From the NCBI GenBank assembly GCA_002269645.1, contig NIVC01002028.1:147269-211268 (forward strand): 64,000 nt of DNA. Direction: 5' to 3'. The translations under genes and the position numbers were made by a program. The notes under the pieces were generated by a model that saw nothing but the letters and a program-made list of their open reading frames with translations, was not told where the DNA came from and searched no databases. Shown here piece by piece: positions 63,784 to 64,000 of this stretch (positions within the stretch are counted from its first letter, which is position 1; every line of letters begins with the position of its first letter). Source of the DNA: Macrostomum lignano (Eukaryota).

Positions 63784-64000
63784 TGTGACAGTGTGATTTG
63801 TAGAAGCGTGTATCGTATTTCTTTATTTTCATATGCATACCGTACTACTACTACTGTATTCTTTCATTTATTTTAACAATATTCGTACGTATTATTATCG
63901 CGCTATTTTTACTGTTAATTGCTTTGTTTTTTACTTTGTAGCCTCGTATGTATTTATACAATGTTTATACAATATTTATACTTAGAACGCAGCTGCAGCT
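63784..64000 (+). mobile_element. Start of a diverged LTR related to the 19673/49142 Gypsy LTRs, in opposite orientation and truncated by the window
   Basis: TGTGACAGTGTGATTTGTAGAAGC...TATGCATACCGTACTACT...TGTAGCCTCGTAT aligns by eye with the reverse complement of 20340-20200. No PPT lies upstream. Confidence 0.8.

Overview
Repeat-rich animal genomic DNA: spliceosomal GT-AG introns, TTAGGG-type repeats, and no operons, rRNA, tRNA genes or CRISPR. The compositional style suggests a free-living flatworm such as Macrostomum, but that is inference only. Five host genes are supported: a claudin/PMP22-like gene running off the left edge, a DEG/ENaC channel, a Src-family kinase, a TspO-like multipass membrane protein, and a rhodopsin-type GPCR with two 1-bp frameshifts. 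The centre is one nested structure. A minus-strand Ty3/Gypsy element (19673-51345; two LTRs, CAGT target duplication, PBS, PPT) is split between gag and protease by a 21.3-kb head-to-tail Helitron array. The array is one intron-containing STPR-OTU-Rep-helicase Helitron followed by non-autonomous units carrying telomeric repeats and GA tracts. The Gypsy Gag has an apparent cold-shock domain in frame after its CCHC knuckle, which is the most novel-looking feature. Also present are an internally deleted CsRn1-like LTR element, a MITE with an 8-bp TSD, a partial third LTR and many minisatellites. All calls are from manual reading; no database searches were run.
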